This document shows, in pieces, positions 48,961 through 62,795 of a stretch of DNA of 64,000 bases (within the stretch, counting starts at the first letter, position 1; every line of letters starts with the position of its first letter). The notes beneath the pieces were generated by a model, which was given only the letters and a program-made list of their open reading frames with translations, ran no database searches and had not been told where the DNA came from. Where the stretch lies: contig OZ024743.1 in the NCBI GenBank assembly GCA_964016885.1, positions 327,112,001 to 327,176,000 on the forward strand, given 5' to 3'. This DNA is from Eledone cirrhosa (lineage: Eukaryota). Both the position numbers and the translations under genes were made by a program.

Positions 48961-49966
48961 TGAATGAAACAAAAATTACAAGTTGATAATAAACTAATTT
49001 CCTACACAGCTTTGGATAAGTTTTTCACCTGTCAAGTAGTACTTCCAATGCATCACCTTCTCTTACACAATAGTAAACCTCTTTCATGGTGAAGACCTGC
49101 CCTATTACAAGGTTACAATTATTATTTATTCCCTAATATATTTCACTTAAAATGTTTTTATGTTTATATACTGTTTTGTTTGTGTTCAAAAACTGTGGTT
49201 GGTTTACTTGTTTCTTTCTTTTTTTTTTCTTAAACAATTTCCATTGGAATGCATTTCAATTTATAAGATGAAAGTCAATACGAAAATAAGTTTCGTGTTT
49301 TGGCAAAGTTTTCAAGAACACAAACTTCAGAAACACAGGAATGCCTGTCTATAAAGTAAACATACATACAAAAAAAATTACATGACCCATTACAGGTTAT
49401 ATAAACTAATTCATTCTATATAAATGTATATATATATAATATTGCTCTAAATAACCCCCAAATTATTTTAGATCAAGAGTAACATTTTTCTCTTACACAC
49501 ATACACCACGACAAAGTGTGACACATTCCATTGGGTCATATTATCTTATGAAATATTCTTATGAAAAATAAAATCAACTACCAAGATTTTTAACCTTGAG
49601 TCAGTATAATGTTTGTAACATGACACATTAAAAACAAGGATGTTTTAAAATAAATAAAAATATTTAGTACTAGTTAGGTTAATGTTAACACCCTGTAATT
49701 ATATAGCAGAAAAATAAGTTTGCTCATTCAAATGTTTATATTAACTTCACTTCACTAGTGGACAGATCAGTGTGAAAATTTCCAGTAAATTAAAGTAAAG
49801 CCTAATTTTTAATGTGATCCCATCATAGTGCTGTTTTGTCCTTTTCAAGAATATCTTGCTAACGTGGTTTCATACGGTACAGGATGTTAACAGTTAATGT
49901 GGAAGGCATTAAACACTAACTAGAAATAATTATATGGCAATGACTAATATTATTATTATCATTATA

Positions 49967-50190
49967 GGGCGGTGGATTGGTAGTATCGGTAGAGGGTCGG
50001 ACGCCATGCTTTGCAGCATAGAGTTACGCCCCTTTATGGTCTGAGGTCAATCCCGCCAAGGTTAACTTTGTCTTTCATGCTTGTGGGGCCGATAAAATAA
50101 AGTACCAGTCACGCACTGGGGTCGATTTAATCGACTTTTCTCTCCCCCAAAATTGCTGGCCTTGTGCCTATATAAGAAACCATTATTTTA
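49967..50190 (+). mobile_element. Second tRNA-related SINE family; copies at about 41125-41245 (+), 54332-54408 (+), 54452-54642 (-), 55105-55270 (-), 59850-60057 (-)
   Basis: Shared core CTTTGCCTTTCATCCTTxCGGGGTCGATAAAATAAAGTACCAGT and tail ATTGCTGGCCTTGTGCC...AGAAAC(TAT)n. Resembles octopus OK-type SINEs from memory. Confidence 0.75.
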
Positions 50191-50869
50191 GTAAGTATAA
50201 TAATAATAATAATAATGAAATTATTGTGTAAAGTGCTCAGATGCACTACAACTCGTCAATATAGTACATAGAATAATACACAAATGTCAGGGAAGTACAT
50301 GTTTGTATGTGTTAGCTGTAGTGTTGGCGGATCTCGGGAAGCATGGAGGCCTTAAAGGATGCAGTGTCTCGACAGCTAATAACTGATGCAGGTAGTTTGT
50401 TCCATGCTTCAGCAACTCTGAGCGTGAAAAAATGTTTCCGAAAGTCATGGGAACTGTGCTGTTTTCTTACTTTGTGGGCATGTCCACGTGTGTTAGACAC
50501 ATGGAAATTGAAAAGGCACTCAGGGTTGTTGTTGGCAACATGGTTAACAATTTTGTGGGTGTTTACCAAGGTATGAGAGACAACTATATGTTTCAGTCTT
50601 ATTATAATGTCATAAACAAAACAGACTTCACTGTACTTCACAAAGTAGTAATAAGAGAATTGCTAAGAAAATGTATAAGAATGTACGCTGGGTTTGGTAT
50701 AAACAGAGATTACATTCATATTTGTTTTGCAAGATTCTTAATGTGAAATCATGTGTTGAAACAGATATTGGCAAGACTTTGAGAAATAATGGCAGTACTG
50801 GCAAAAGGTGTATTCTTGCTTTATATAGACCTCAAAAAAGCAAATTGATGGTCAGCTTCTTGTTGCCTT

Positions 50870-51600
50870 GATGTTTCTATTCAAATGCCCGAGTTCTTGT
50901 GTTGGGATAAATGGTGCTAAATCAAAACCATTCAATGTGGAAGTCAGACTCCACCAAGAGTGTACACTGTCACCTTTCTAGTTCATTAATTTCATGAACA
51001 GGATTATCATGCACAGTCAGGTTGAAATTGGTATCATAACATGAAGGCGTAGAATCAGTCAGCTGGAATTTGCAGATGACATGGTATTACTTAACTTGTC
51101 AAGACTTGCACTTGATAGGTTTGATGTCGTGCTGCATGGCTGGAATGAAAATCGGTGCTGTGAAAACTGAGACACTAATCCTCTGAAGGAAGCCTATGCA
51201 GAGCACTCTACATGTTAATGGAGTTCCACTGAAGCAGGTGGAGAAGTTCAAGTATCTTGGGGCCGTGTTCATGAGTGATGGAAGGCAGGAAGCTGAATTA
51301 AGTGCAAGTATTGCAGGAGTTGGTGCAGTAATGTGCTAGCTTCAGCATTTGGTAATCAGAAGAAGGGAGGTAGGTGTAAAAGCCAAACTTGCTATCTTCA
51401 ATTTGGTATTCATGCCAGCCCTTACCTATGGTCATGAATCTTGGGTAATGACCGAAAGAATATGATCATGAAACAGGGGTCCCTGGAATAAAGTTACTTG
51501 ATCGAGTACGTAGCTCAGAGATCGTTCCAGGTAGAGTCACTACTTCTCTGTTTGGATAACTCCTTGGAAATGATTGCTTCTGATAAGACCTGCTGGAAGA
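50870..51600 (+). mobile_element. Decayed RTE family C (Expander-like) RT fragment
   Basis: LHQECTLSP, LEFADDMVLL, LKQVEKFKYLG, LTYGHESWVMTER. No PHD insertion. Confidence 0.75.
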
Positions 51601-53319
51601 AGTGTTTGAGGACCCTGCCACCACTGTCCTCTCAAGAAGAAGAGTTGGAGCAATGGATTTTGCTTGTTACTTTCCATATTTGGCATGGTTTTTATGGTTG
51701 GATGCCCTTCCTAATGCCAACCAACTTACAAAGTGTGCTGGGTGCATTTTTTTGTGACACCAACACTCCCACTTTATAGGGTACAAACACCAACACTTTA
51801 GGGGTGTACTGGATGCATTTTATTGCGGCACCAGCACTAGGGGTGTTGTCATGTGCTAGGCCAGACTGAAGAGTCCTTTCAAACCCTCCGTTCAATTTCT
51901 AAACACTGTAGCCTCTGATCTCTCACCACATTTACTTTTAGTGTCACAGTGATTGTACTGATATTTGCAATATTTGGATATTTGAATAGTGTTGGTGCAG
52001 AACTGACTACCTGGATAAAATATCGAACTTCTTATTATTCCTTATGATACTGTAGATATTACATTCTGTCTGAACAAAGCATTTAACCCTTTAGCATTTA
52101 CATTACTCTATATATACTATTGTATTTTCACAGTAAAGGCTTTACCTCACATAATATTGAATCTATGAGATTTTGATATTATTTATTTTGAGAACAATAC
52201 CTTAACATAAGTATGATTGGCTAGTTACAGCCTGTTTGAACAGAAAGAGGTGAGAGAATTCTGGCCAGATAGGGCCGGTTTAAATAACAATCTACATACC
52301 AACTGTGGGGAATAAATATGCCAAATTTTCTGAGAATGTTACCAAGGTAATATCATCATTAAACGTCTGTTTTTCTTGCTAGCAAGGCTGGCAAGGGCTG
52401 AACATCATCATCAACGTTTAACGTCCGTGTTCCACGCTTGCATGGGTTTGGACGGGGGTTTTCCCACTTGAGGCAAGAGTGATTGTCTTGCTCGCATAGG
52501 ACTGTCTGGCGGGTTTTCTACAGCTGGATGCCCTTCCTAACACCAACCACATTTACAGTGTGGGGCTGGGAGGTTTTTACCGTGTTGCCTATATGGCCAC
52601 ATTACAGCGTGGACTGTCTGGCAGGTTTTCTACAGCTGGATGCCCTTCCTAACACCAACCACAGGTTGTCATAAACCAATTAGTACATAATCGGAACCAC
52701 TGATCTCTGATGGGCTGGGGCTACAGCTCGCTTACATGTGTCACCACACTCTCCAGAGTGCACTGGGTGTATTTTATCATAACACTAGTATTGGAGAGGT
52801 TGCCATATCTTTGACACTACTGGAGAGTCCTCTCAACATCTTATTTGGTAAGATGCTCTTCCTATTACCAACCACTTTACAGAGTGCATTTGATCATATC
52901 ACTAACTCTTGAGAGGTTGTGGAACCCTTGATACAACTGAAGAAACCTCTCATCCTTTTTTGGAATGGTTTTTACAGCTGGATGCCCTTTCTATAACCAT
53001 CCACCTTACAGGGTGAAGTTTTCATGGTACCAGCACAAGAGAAGTTGTTGTGTTGTCACTGAAGTGTCCTCTCAGCCTTTTTGACATGATTTCTATGACC
53101 TGAAGCCCTTCCTATCAACAGCCATTTTTGCTCAATATTACAGAATTTGAAATAATAAATTGGGCATTGGAGATGTAATACATCAACATGGAATTCTTGA
53201 AATAAATAACATTATTTGCTTAAGAAAACAAAAAAAAATTGTTGTTTTAAGCAATAGAAAAATAAATTTCATTTAAACAACTTATACAGGCTTTGAATCT
53301 TCTAGAAAAACAAAATTGA

Positions 53320-53790
53320 CAGCTAGCAACTTTTTAGCATAGTTAACAGACTTGCCTAGTATTCAAGAGATGCAGGGTTCAATTCCTCACAGGAGCCATT
53401 GTCCACTTTTCTCATCTCTAAGCATTCATTACCTGATTTTCTCAACTATTATTATAGTTAATATAAAGATTGATGTGCTCATGCCATAAAATGGCTTATA
53501 AAATACAGTGAAGACCCTTAAAAATGGAAAAAGAAGTTGCTGTCTTTTACATTTTGTTGGCTACATTTGAAATTTCCCCAATGCTTTTTAAGTCAACTGG
53601 TTGTTTATACTTCTAGCTTAACTCTTCTAAAAAGACAGAATGTGGTTCTTTAGCAGAGTACTCAACACACTTACCCTGCATTCAAGAGATGTGGGCTTTG
53701 ATTCCTTGCAGGCATCTCTGCCTCACTTTTTTCCATCATCAGGTGTACTTTACTGACTTTCTCAACTGTTATTTAGTGATCGACTATTAT
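53320..53790 (+). mobile_element. Third decayed tRNA-headed SINE family (two copies); others at about 21965-22085 (+) and 36965-37110 (-)
   Basis: TAGCATAG...AGAGATGCAGGGTTCAATTCC head followed by TTTTCTCAACTATTAT. Confidence 0.55.
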
Positions 53791-56700
53791 TATAGCCATT
53801 TATACTGGGGTAACATGTTTTTGCTTTTACTGCTTTCAGTAATTTTTACTTTTTTAATGATTTTATTTGGAGAAAGAGGTTGCATTCATGACCTTCCAAG
53901 ACTGGACCTCAGCCATGTTAGGGTGCTGCCTTCATGGAATTTTAGTTGATTATATAGACCCAAGTAGTTTGTCTAGTGCTTATTAAATCGATAGCTTAAG
54001 GTATGAAAGTCCCATCCACCAGTACAAGTGCAGCAACATGATTGAAAAATTAAGTGATGGTAGCAGTAATGGAAACTAAGATTTGGGCACAATCCTGTCT
54101 TTTATGACTGTACTATGATACCCATTATGTCATGCTGAGTAACAGGAGAAAGGAGGGCATCTAATTGGTCCTTAGCCAACCCTCCCACCCCACCCCATTA
54201 CTTACCATCATCACTATTATCTTTATTACCCTTTATATTGACATTGGATATGATGCATAATCACATTACCAGGACATCCCTATTAAAATCCTATCACTTT
54301 GTTCATGCTGCTTCCATATTCAACCACTTCCTTACAGGGTCGATAAAATAAAGTACCAGTAATGCACTGGGTAATTGCTGGCCTTTTGTCAAACGTAGAA
54401 ACTATTATTTGAGTGTGAAATGGGAAACAGAGTAATAGCTTGGTAGGAATGAAAGTTTCTACTTTTGGCACAAGGCCAGCAATTACCCAGTATATTACTG
54501 GTACTTTATTTTATCGACCCCGTAAAGATGAAAGGTAAAGTTAACTTCAGCGGGATTTGAACTCATAATGGCAAGGGCCGTAACTCTATACGTCAAAGCA
54601 TGGCGTCCGACCCTCTACCGATACTGCCAATCTACCACCCTCACACTCAAATAATACTCTCCTCTTTCAACTGTTGGACATCACACCCTTAGTTTGATTT
54701 ACCTTGAGAGAATAGTGACTGTACGGTACCCTTAGTCTTGCTGAAGACATGGCAACTTCTCTAGTGATAATGCTGTGATAAAATACACCCATCACATTCA
54801 ATAAAGTGTGTGTTTGGAAGTAAATCCAGTTGTAGAAACCATGTCAAAATAACATATAAGTGTGAAATGGTTCTCTCACCTGTCTTAGAGGACAGTAATT
54901 TTGAATAAGAACCAATTCAGACTAATAACCTGTCCAATTTATGCCAGCATGGAAAGCAGACATAAAATGATGACGACGACGACGAAAGGCAAAAAACATC
55001 ACTACAGCAGAACAGAAAACTACAAGGTTTTGTCATTTCATTCACCATGTTTTCCATCCTATAACTGTCCAACTCATGCCAGCATAAAAAATGGATATAA
55101 AATAATTGTTTCTACTTTAGGCACAAGGCCAGCAATTACCCAGTGCATTACTGGTACTTTATTTTATCGACCCCGTAAGGATGAAAGGCAAAGTCAACCT
55201 CGACGGGATTTGAACTCAGATCGTAAAGGGACGTAACTATGCTGGAAAGCATGGCGTCCGACCCTCTAATGGATATAAAATAATGATGATAAAGAGAGAA
55301 GACTGCACTAGTATGCACATGTAATATGTCAGTCGTGTAAGGAAATGCTGGGTCCTTGAAATAGTTGAAAGTGGAAAACCTAGAAGACATGGGATAATGT
55401 GGTGGAGACTGATCACAAGAAGCTGAATGACAAAGGACTGTGATGATCAGTTCCCTTCTTTGTGTACAGCTCTATCTCCTACATCTTACCTCATCCTGCA
55501 GTGGCACCTAACCTGACCAACTTGTTCCTTCCACCTTTTATTACGAAGCCTTTCCCATCATCAACTATCCCTCTCTCTATTCATCTCCAGCCTCAACTAG
55601 TAACCACCACTGCTAACAGTAGTACTCTGCATTTCTCCTGCAGTTATCAATTCAAACTCCTGCCAGCAACCAACATGTAACCTTACCATTATCTTTTCCA
55701 CCATACATCTAAACCTTGACCACCACATCTCTTTTATTTTCACTCTTGAACATGCCTAGGCTAGAGAGGACTCTTTAGCTACTTCAAGAACAAGGCACAA
55801 TCTTTCAACTACTGGTGCAAATGAGAAAATTATTCCAGTAGTCCAAAAGGCTACAGAGGATTCTTCCACCATATTAAGGACATTACAACCTTTCTAGTCC
55901 TGGGATAATAAAATGCACCCAGTAAACTCAAAGTATTGACTGTCTGTAACAACCTGTCCAATCCACACCAGCATGGAAAATTTGATAGACAAGAACTGTG
56001 GAGGTTCATGCACATATACCATCATATATATATATGATGGTATATGTGCATGAACCTCCACAGTTCCTGTCTATCAAATTTCCAATGAGCTGTGCAGTGG
56101 GATTGAACATGAAACTACATGGTTGTAAAGCAATCTTTGAAGTGCAGTCATGCCTGCACCTAGGTGGAGATAAATTATTATTACCACCTAATGTGTATTT
56201 TCCATACTTGGATGAGTTAGACAGGTTGTCATGCTCTGAGGCTAGACTGGTCAGGTAACCACATCATATTCCATTTTGTGGCCTAGTTTATATGACTGGA
56301 TGCCCTTCCTAATGCCAACCACTTTACAGTATGTACTGGGAGTATTTTATCATTACACCAGTACTACCACCTTATAGGGTGGACTGGGTGTGTTTTATTG
56401 TGGCAACAACAGTATCACTTTAGAGAGTGGGCTGGATGTGTTTTATCATGGCACTTTACAGAGTGGTTTTAGTATGTTTTATCATGACACTAGACTACCA
56501 CTTTATAGAGTGGTTTGGGTGCTTTTTATCAATGCACTAATACTACCACTTTGCACAGTGGTTTGGGTATTTTTTTTTATTGTGGAACCAGCATTAACTC
56601 TTTACAGAGTGGACTGTATTTTTTTTATCATGGCGCCATCACTAGCCCATTACAACACTATATATGAAATAAAATAAAAAAACACCTTGTAAACTTAAGT

Positions 56701-59700
56701 GATCTACCAATCTGAAAAGCTACTGACCATGCTGGAAATGCTGGAAAACAAGGAAAGAACAGCTTGCCACTCTAATTAGTAGCAACCATGTTGATCTATT
56801 CCAAATTTAATTTATCCTGTGAGCAGGGGTAAGATATGTGTGAGAAACCAGTGTCCTATCCAGGAGAGAAAGATGCTGTAAGAATTAGGCTACAGAGATT
56901 AGGTGAAAAGGGTCGAGCCTGTGGCTTTTGCAGGCATTATGAGACCAATAAGATCAATTTGGTTTTGCTTCTTGAATAACTGCATAACTGCAGGAAAAAA
57001 CATGAACAGGAAGAGAATTCCAGAAGGTTACCATTTTTAAGAGGAAGGATTGGATATAGTGGTGAGGTGATTGGGATACTGAACACAATGAAAGTAAAAG
57101 CAAGTGAGTTCGGTGGCTATGTATGGAGGTAGTAGCATGAAGCCAACCAGCGCACCTGTGGGAATGTGTTGGTGAGTGACTTCATACCAATCAGTTGGGT
57201 GCACTCTTTTGGGGATGCAATCTAAGATGTTCATATTTGCAACTCCATTGTGGATCTCATTTTAGCTTTGTAGAGGGTTAGCATAAAGACTTCTCTAGTA
57301 CTGGTGTCATGAAAGATGCAGCCAGTACACCCTGTTCGTGATAGGAAAGGCTCTTCGGTAGTATCAAGAGCACAACCACCTCTCTAGTGTTGATCTACAC
57401 GATAAATGCACCCAGTACATTCTATAAAGTGGTTAATGATAAAAAGGGCATCCAACCATAGAAAACCTGCCAAACAAAGGGCCAAGAGATTTTTTAGCTT
57501 TGTCAAAGACATGACAATTTTCCTAGAGCTGATATTACAAATGCACCGAGTGCACTCTGTAGGGTGCAGGAACATATGTACGCTGTCTGTGAGATAAATA
57601 GCGCCAGTTAAGTACTGACTTTGTGACGACCCATTCAACTATTGTTAGCAGGGAAAACAGGCATTAAATGATGAATATTTGATTATTTTCTTACTATAAA
57701 AAGGAAAAACCTTTGAGATGCAGTTTTTAATATGCTAATATTGATTAAAATGAAACTATATAGACGAGGACCTACTATCAGCTATTTTTTTGTTTTTGCA
57801 ATTAAACAGTTTTAATAATCGACTATTATTGATTTTGAAGAAGACTATAGGTGACAGAAAAATTCAGAAAACATTGGAGTCAACATAAAGAAATACCTAA
57901 GAAACATTATTTCCTAGAACACACAATTTAATATAACTGTTCCTAGTGCTCAAACATGCTGATTGGAAATTACTTGGAACTGCCCAGGGGACATAACTCC
58001 ACGAAGCTAAAGGGTGTCAAAGTAGAGAATATATGTTTAATAGATCTTTCTAAAAAGGAATTCATTAAAAAATTATAAGCATTCCAATTTTATGTATAAT
58101 CAACCCTTTAGCATTTACATTACTCTATATTTTCATGAGGCTTTACCTCACATAATATCAAATCTACGAGATTATGAAATAACTTATTCTGAGAACAATA
58201 CCTTGATGCAGTACAATAACAATACGTATGAGCAGTTGGTTTGAACAGAAAGAAGTGAGAGAATTCTGGCCGTGTTCTAAAATAGTAACTCCATAATTGT
58301 GATTAATTATGAAATATAATATATTACTTACAATTAATTATAATATGAGACAATGAAAAGTTTCTTCCTCTGAATGTAAGGTCGGCTGCATGTCACCTGT
58401 GTGCAAAATGCTATGCTGCATTGCTCTGAAACATGGGCAGTGATTGCAGAGAAATGAAGTATGCTTCAATGGATGTGCAATGTTAATGTAAGAGAGTGAC
58501 AGAGATGAATTGAGAGAAAAACTGAGTACAAGAGGAATCAGATCTAGTGTGTAAAAGAGAATATTGCATTGGTATGGACATGTGATGTGTATGAATGGCG
58601 ATTGCTAGGTGAAGAAATGCCAAGAAGTCCCAGTAGAAGGAAGCCACAGTAGAGGAAGACCATGGAAGACCTGGACAGAGGTAGTGAGAGCTGATCTCAA
58701 ATCACTGAAACTCATGGTGGAGATGACAAAGTGCAACATGTGAAGAAAGGCTGTGCTGAAAACAGATGTAATTATGATGAATACACAATTTTCATTATCA
58801 TCGTTTAACGATCATTTTCCATGCTAGCATGAGTAGGACAAGCTGTCTCTTTGTGAGGACTCGTGAAGGGCTGGTTTTAGCTTGGTTTCTATGGCTGAGT
58901 GCTCTTCCTAACGCCAACCTCATTTACAGTGTAGGCTGGAGTCTTTGCTGGCTGTTTTACATTATAGATAATCAGTAGTCTATAAGGCAAGGCTCATTAC
59001 TTGGTAATTGACTAACCTATTTATCGGTGCATCCCTATTATGTACACCTGCAACACTTTTCAGAGTAAAGCTTAATATACATGTTTAAAGAAAAAACAAT
59101 ATTAATAATTGGAGAAAAAGCATTAAAATATTAAAATTTGTAGAAATATTTATTATTATAACAGAATAAGACAGCTGGAAAAAAATTAAATAAAAACACA
59201 CTTTCTCATACTGGGACAATGAATACTTCAGAACAGGAAAAGTGGGGTGGAGGGAAAGGACATGGCAGATTAATTTATAATATTAATTAAAAGATGAAAA
59301 ATATGTTGTTCATTGTTTAATTAGTGACATAAGAATGTTTATCAAAAAGTATCAGGGAGAGTTGCAGAGAATATATTTATATGTTATTTAGATTGTTTTT
59401 CTTCTTTCTCCTAGTTCCTCTTTCTTTTATGCTACCCCACATTAATGAAATGATTTTAATTTATTGAGAAAGTATAACTGTCAGAAGAAGTAATAAAACA
59501 CTGTTTATCACTTGGGTAGAAATATAATAAAACATTTTTAATTTGAATTTCATGGTTTTGTCTTTCATGAGACTTATCAAGACAAAATGTTAGTTTGACT
59601 ATCCTTCTAAATACTACAATGTTTTATTATATTTTTTTTATCCAAGTGATAAACAGTGTTCTATTACTACTTCTGACAATTATATTATATTAATATGATA

Positions 59701-60254
59701 TTCTGTACTTTACTGAAGGTATATATATATATATATATCATTAAGAATGACAGTCATACATTTTGGCAATTTAGAGGTTTGATATACTATATGACATATT
59801 TCTTACAGGGTATGAAATTGGATAATATTTTACCAACATATAATACATGGTTTCTAATTTAGGCCACAAAGCCAGCAAATTGGGTGAGAGAGAAAGTTAA
59901 TTAAATTAATCCCCGGCATTTGGCTGGTACTTTATTTTATCAACCACAAGCAGATAAAAGGCAAAGTTGGCCTCAGTGAGATTTGGACTCAAAATGTAAA
60001 AAAGCCATGACTAAATACCATTAAGCATTTTGCCTGATGCTTTAACAATTCTGCCCATAATACACTGCTCTTTCCAATGTATAATATATACCTATACACA
60101 ACTACTACATTACTCTCTCTCTCTCTCTTTCTCTCTCTCATATATATATTCTGGTTGTTATAAGGTGGATGCTATCTTTATTTTATTTTGCTGATTTAAT
60201 TATGTTTTTAAAAAAAAAATTTTTTTTTTCAAAATGAAGTTGATAATTAGGGAA

Positions 60255-60545
60255 CTGCTGCTAGAACAGGTGCATGCCAGTGGAGGTTGGCAGTTAATGG
60301 TTTGCTGATTATTCCCTTAGCAAATCTTATAGAAATCTGGAGCAAGCATGAGGAGAACCATGAAAAACAATGTAAAAGCAGCAGAAAAGGCATCTAGATG
60401 GCTATGGCTGAAGAAAAGTGACCAGTGGAGTCACACACTGAGTCATGATCAACCTCAGTTAGGTGACCTAGATGAGTGTGTATGTTGTAGGACATGAAAC
60501 ACCCAGTGACTCCAAGATACAACACTGATGATGTGTCCAAGATTT
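60255..60545 (+). mobile_element. HERO-like (R2-group, RLE) retrotransposon 3' end
   Basis: CMPVEVG...NNVKAAEKASRWLWLKK followed by a 3' UTR ending GAAACACCCAGTGACTCCAAGATACAACACTGATGATGTGTCC. Confidence 0.65.
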
Positions 60546-61682
60546 TGCATCTGTGGATGTGTCAAGAACTATATACTTAAATACAAGCCTTATTTGGAGA
60601 GAAAGAAAGAAACAAAATAAATAACTGAAGTTAAAGAAAGATCATTAAAATATTAAGCCCAATTTCATTAATATATTTCAAAACAAAACATAAAATAATT
60701 GGGGGTGTGAGGGCAAGAAAAACAAACAAACAATTTACCCTAAAATATTTGATAATTGTTTTGAAACTGAGAGCGAATAGTGAAAATGAGCAGCTTCCTT
60801 CCTCATAAACAGCATAAAAAATAAAATGAGAAACAAACCATTTTCATATCAAACTGCCTGATACCTGGTTTGATAATACTAAGCTGTTAATTTTAAATGG
60901 TTAATATTTATCTAAAAACCTTCCATCATAATTTTATGTAAGAAACGGCTTAATAATGAAGATAGTTATTTTACTAAGCCCCATTCAGATTCTTGATTAT
61001 TTTCAAAATACTGTAAAAATCATAGGCAGTGTCTTTCATTAGAAATATGGTAACGAAAGTGTTAATAGTGGGAACAAAAGAGAAAGGGGGGTTTGATTTG
61101 AAAAGTTGTCCTGTATGAAAAAAAATTATTTCAACTGTTTGAATAAGTGTCTGTCATATAATAGTGCAGGCAGAACACCTTATAACAACACTTTGCACAC
61201 TCATTTAGAAATATATACATATACATACATGTATACACATACATATATACACACACACACATATGTATGTATGTATATATATATACACACACACGCATAT
61301 ATGTATACATATATATGAGAGAGAGAGAGTAAAATTTCAAAATCAGGATCTTGCTAACATATAAGCAAATTAAAAGCTTAAGGAAAATAAAACATTCTTT
61401 TGCAAGAATAACAGCCCATAATAACTTGAAGAAAACAAAAATGTTTTAAATAAAAAAATTTTTCCAGAGAAAAATATATATCTATTCAATGAATGAAATA
61501 AAGAAAGAATAACAATTTCAATTTAGAACTTAAAAAAGTGAAGAAAAAGGCCCAAACCAAACAGCCTAAAGCAAGTTTTGCATAAAACCATTAAAAACAA
61601 TACTTGTAAAAATTAAGTTTATAATTCAAAACTTTAATATATGGAATGTATTTTAAAATATGGATTTGGGAAATATATATAC

Positions 61683-61732
<50 letters not shown>

Positions 61733-61770
61733 GTGTATATGTATATATATCTATATACATACATATATGA

Positions 61771-61815
<45 letters not shown>

Positions 61816-61907
61816 AATATATTTAAAGGCCTCTCCACTAAATTATAAAAATGAAGTAAAATGAAAAACTAGTTAAAATTACTCAGACACATACATTCCC
61901 CATTATA

Positions 61908-61942
<35 letters not shown>

Positions 61943-62713
61943 GTATAGTGTGTTATTCATCATGATAAATCAAATTCATTTCTCATACCTAAAGGTGAGG
62001 ACAGCTGATGTTAGCCAACTGTACTCCCCTTTGAATATGAAATGGCCTTTAGGTATGAGGAAATAATCCAGTTTACCAACACACAATTATAGCAGGCTCT
62101 ACACCCATACACACTTCTAACACATTTTGTGTATTGAGCACTTCACATTTTTGCATAAAAACATATACAGATATCCAAAACAAAAGTTACACACACACAC
62201 AGTGAGATTTATTACACTAACAATAGTGTCATCAGTATAATTGTCTAGCTGTTTCAGATCTTTCACTGAGCCAGACTCCAGTTCTTCAGCCTATATAAAG
62301 TGGTTAGAGAAACAATTGTACCTCAACGACATCATGTTTAGTGTAATAAATATCTATATACCACAAACTCTTCCCACAGATTGAGCGCTCTTCCAACTTT
62401 AGATATTCTTTATCAAACTTTATATATATATGTGTGTGTGTGTGTTTGCATGTGTTAGGTTAACTACTTTTTTGCCCATTTGTAAACACAAACATTCACC
62501 ACAATATATATACACACACAGACATGCACTAATCTTTTCTTTGTAGCAGGTGAATCTTATGTTAATTTTCTCAATATTTAAAAATAGACATATATAGCAT
62601 TAGAGATACATGGAGTGAAATTAGCTAGTGTGCTGTCTGAAGTGACACCATTGCCTCTCCTCCCAAACATTTTATCACTCATACTTAGTTTGCCTCTACA
62701 ATAACTGTTGAAA

Positions 62714-62795
62714 TCAATAAACTGCTTTCACAGCTTTCATGATCAAATTTGTTTGGTCCACAAGATAAGCAGCACTCAAAAAAACATCACGTTTC
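62714..62795 (-). CDS. Putative last coding exon of an unidentified upstream gene
   Basis: Strong acceptor TTTTTTCTTTTTCAG|G followed by non-repetitive KRDVFLSAAYLVDQTNLIMKAVKAVY-stop. No homolog recognised. Confidence 0.4.

Noticed and set aside
56318-56645. CRISPR-like periodic arrays (also 37.5, 42.7, 63.0 kb)
   Set aside because: Whole units are homologous, with no unique spacers. They derive from the RTE 3' UTR. No cas genes, and the context is eukaryotic.
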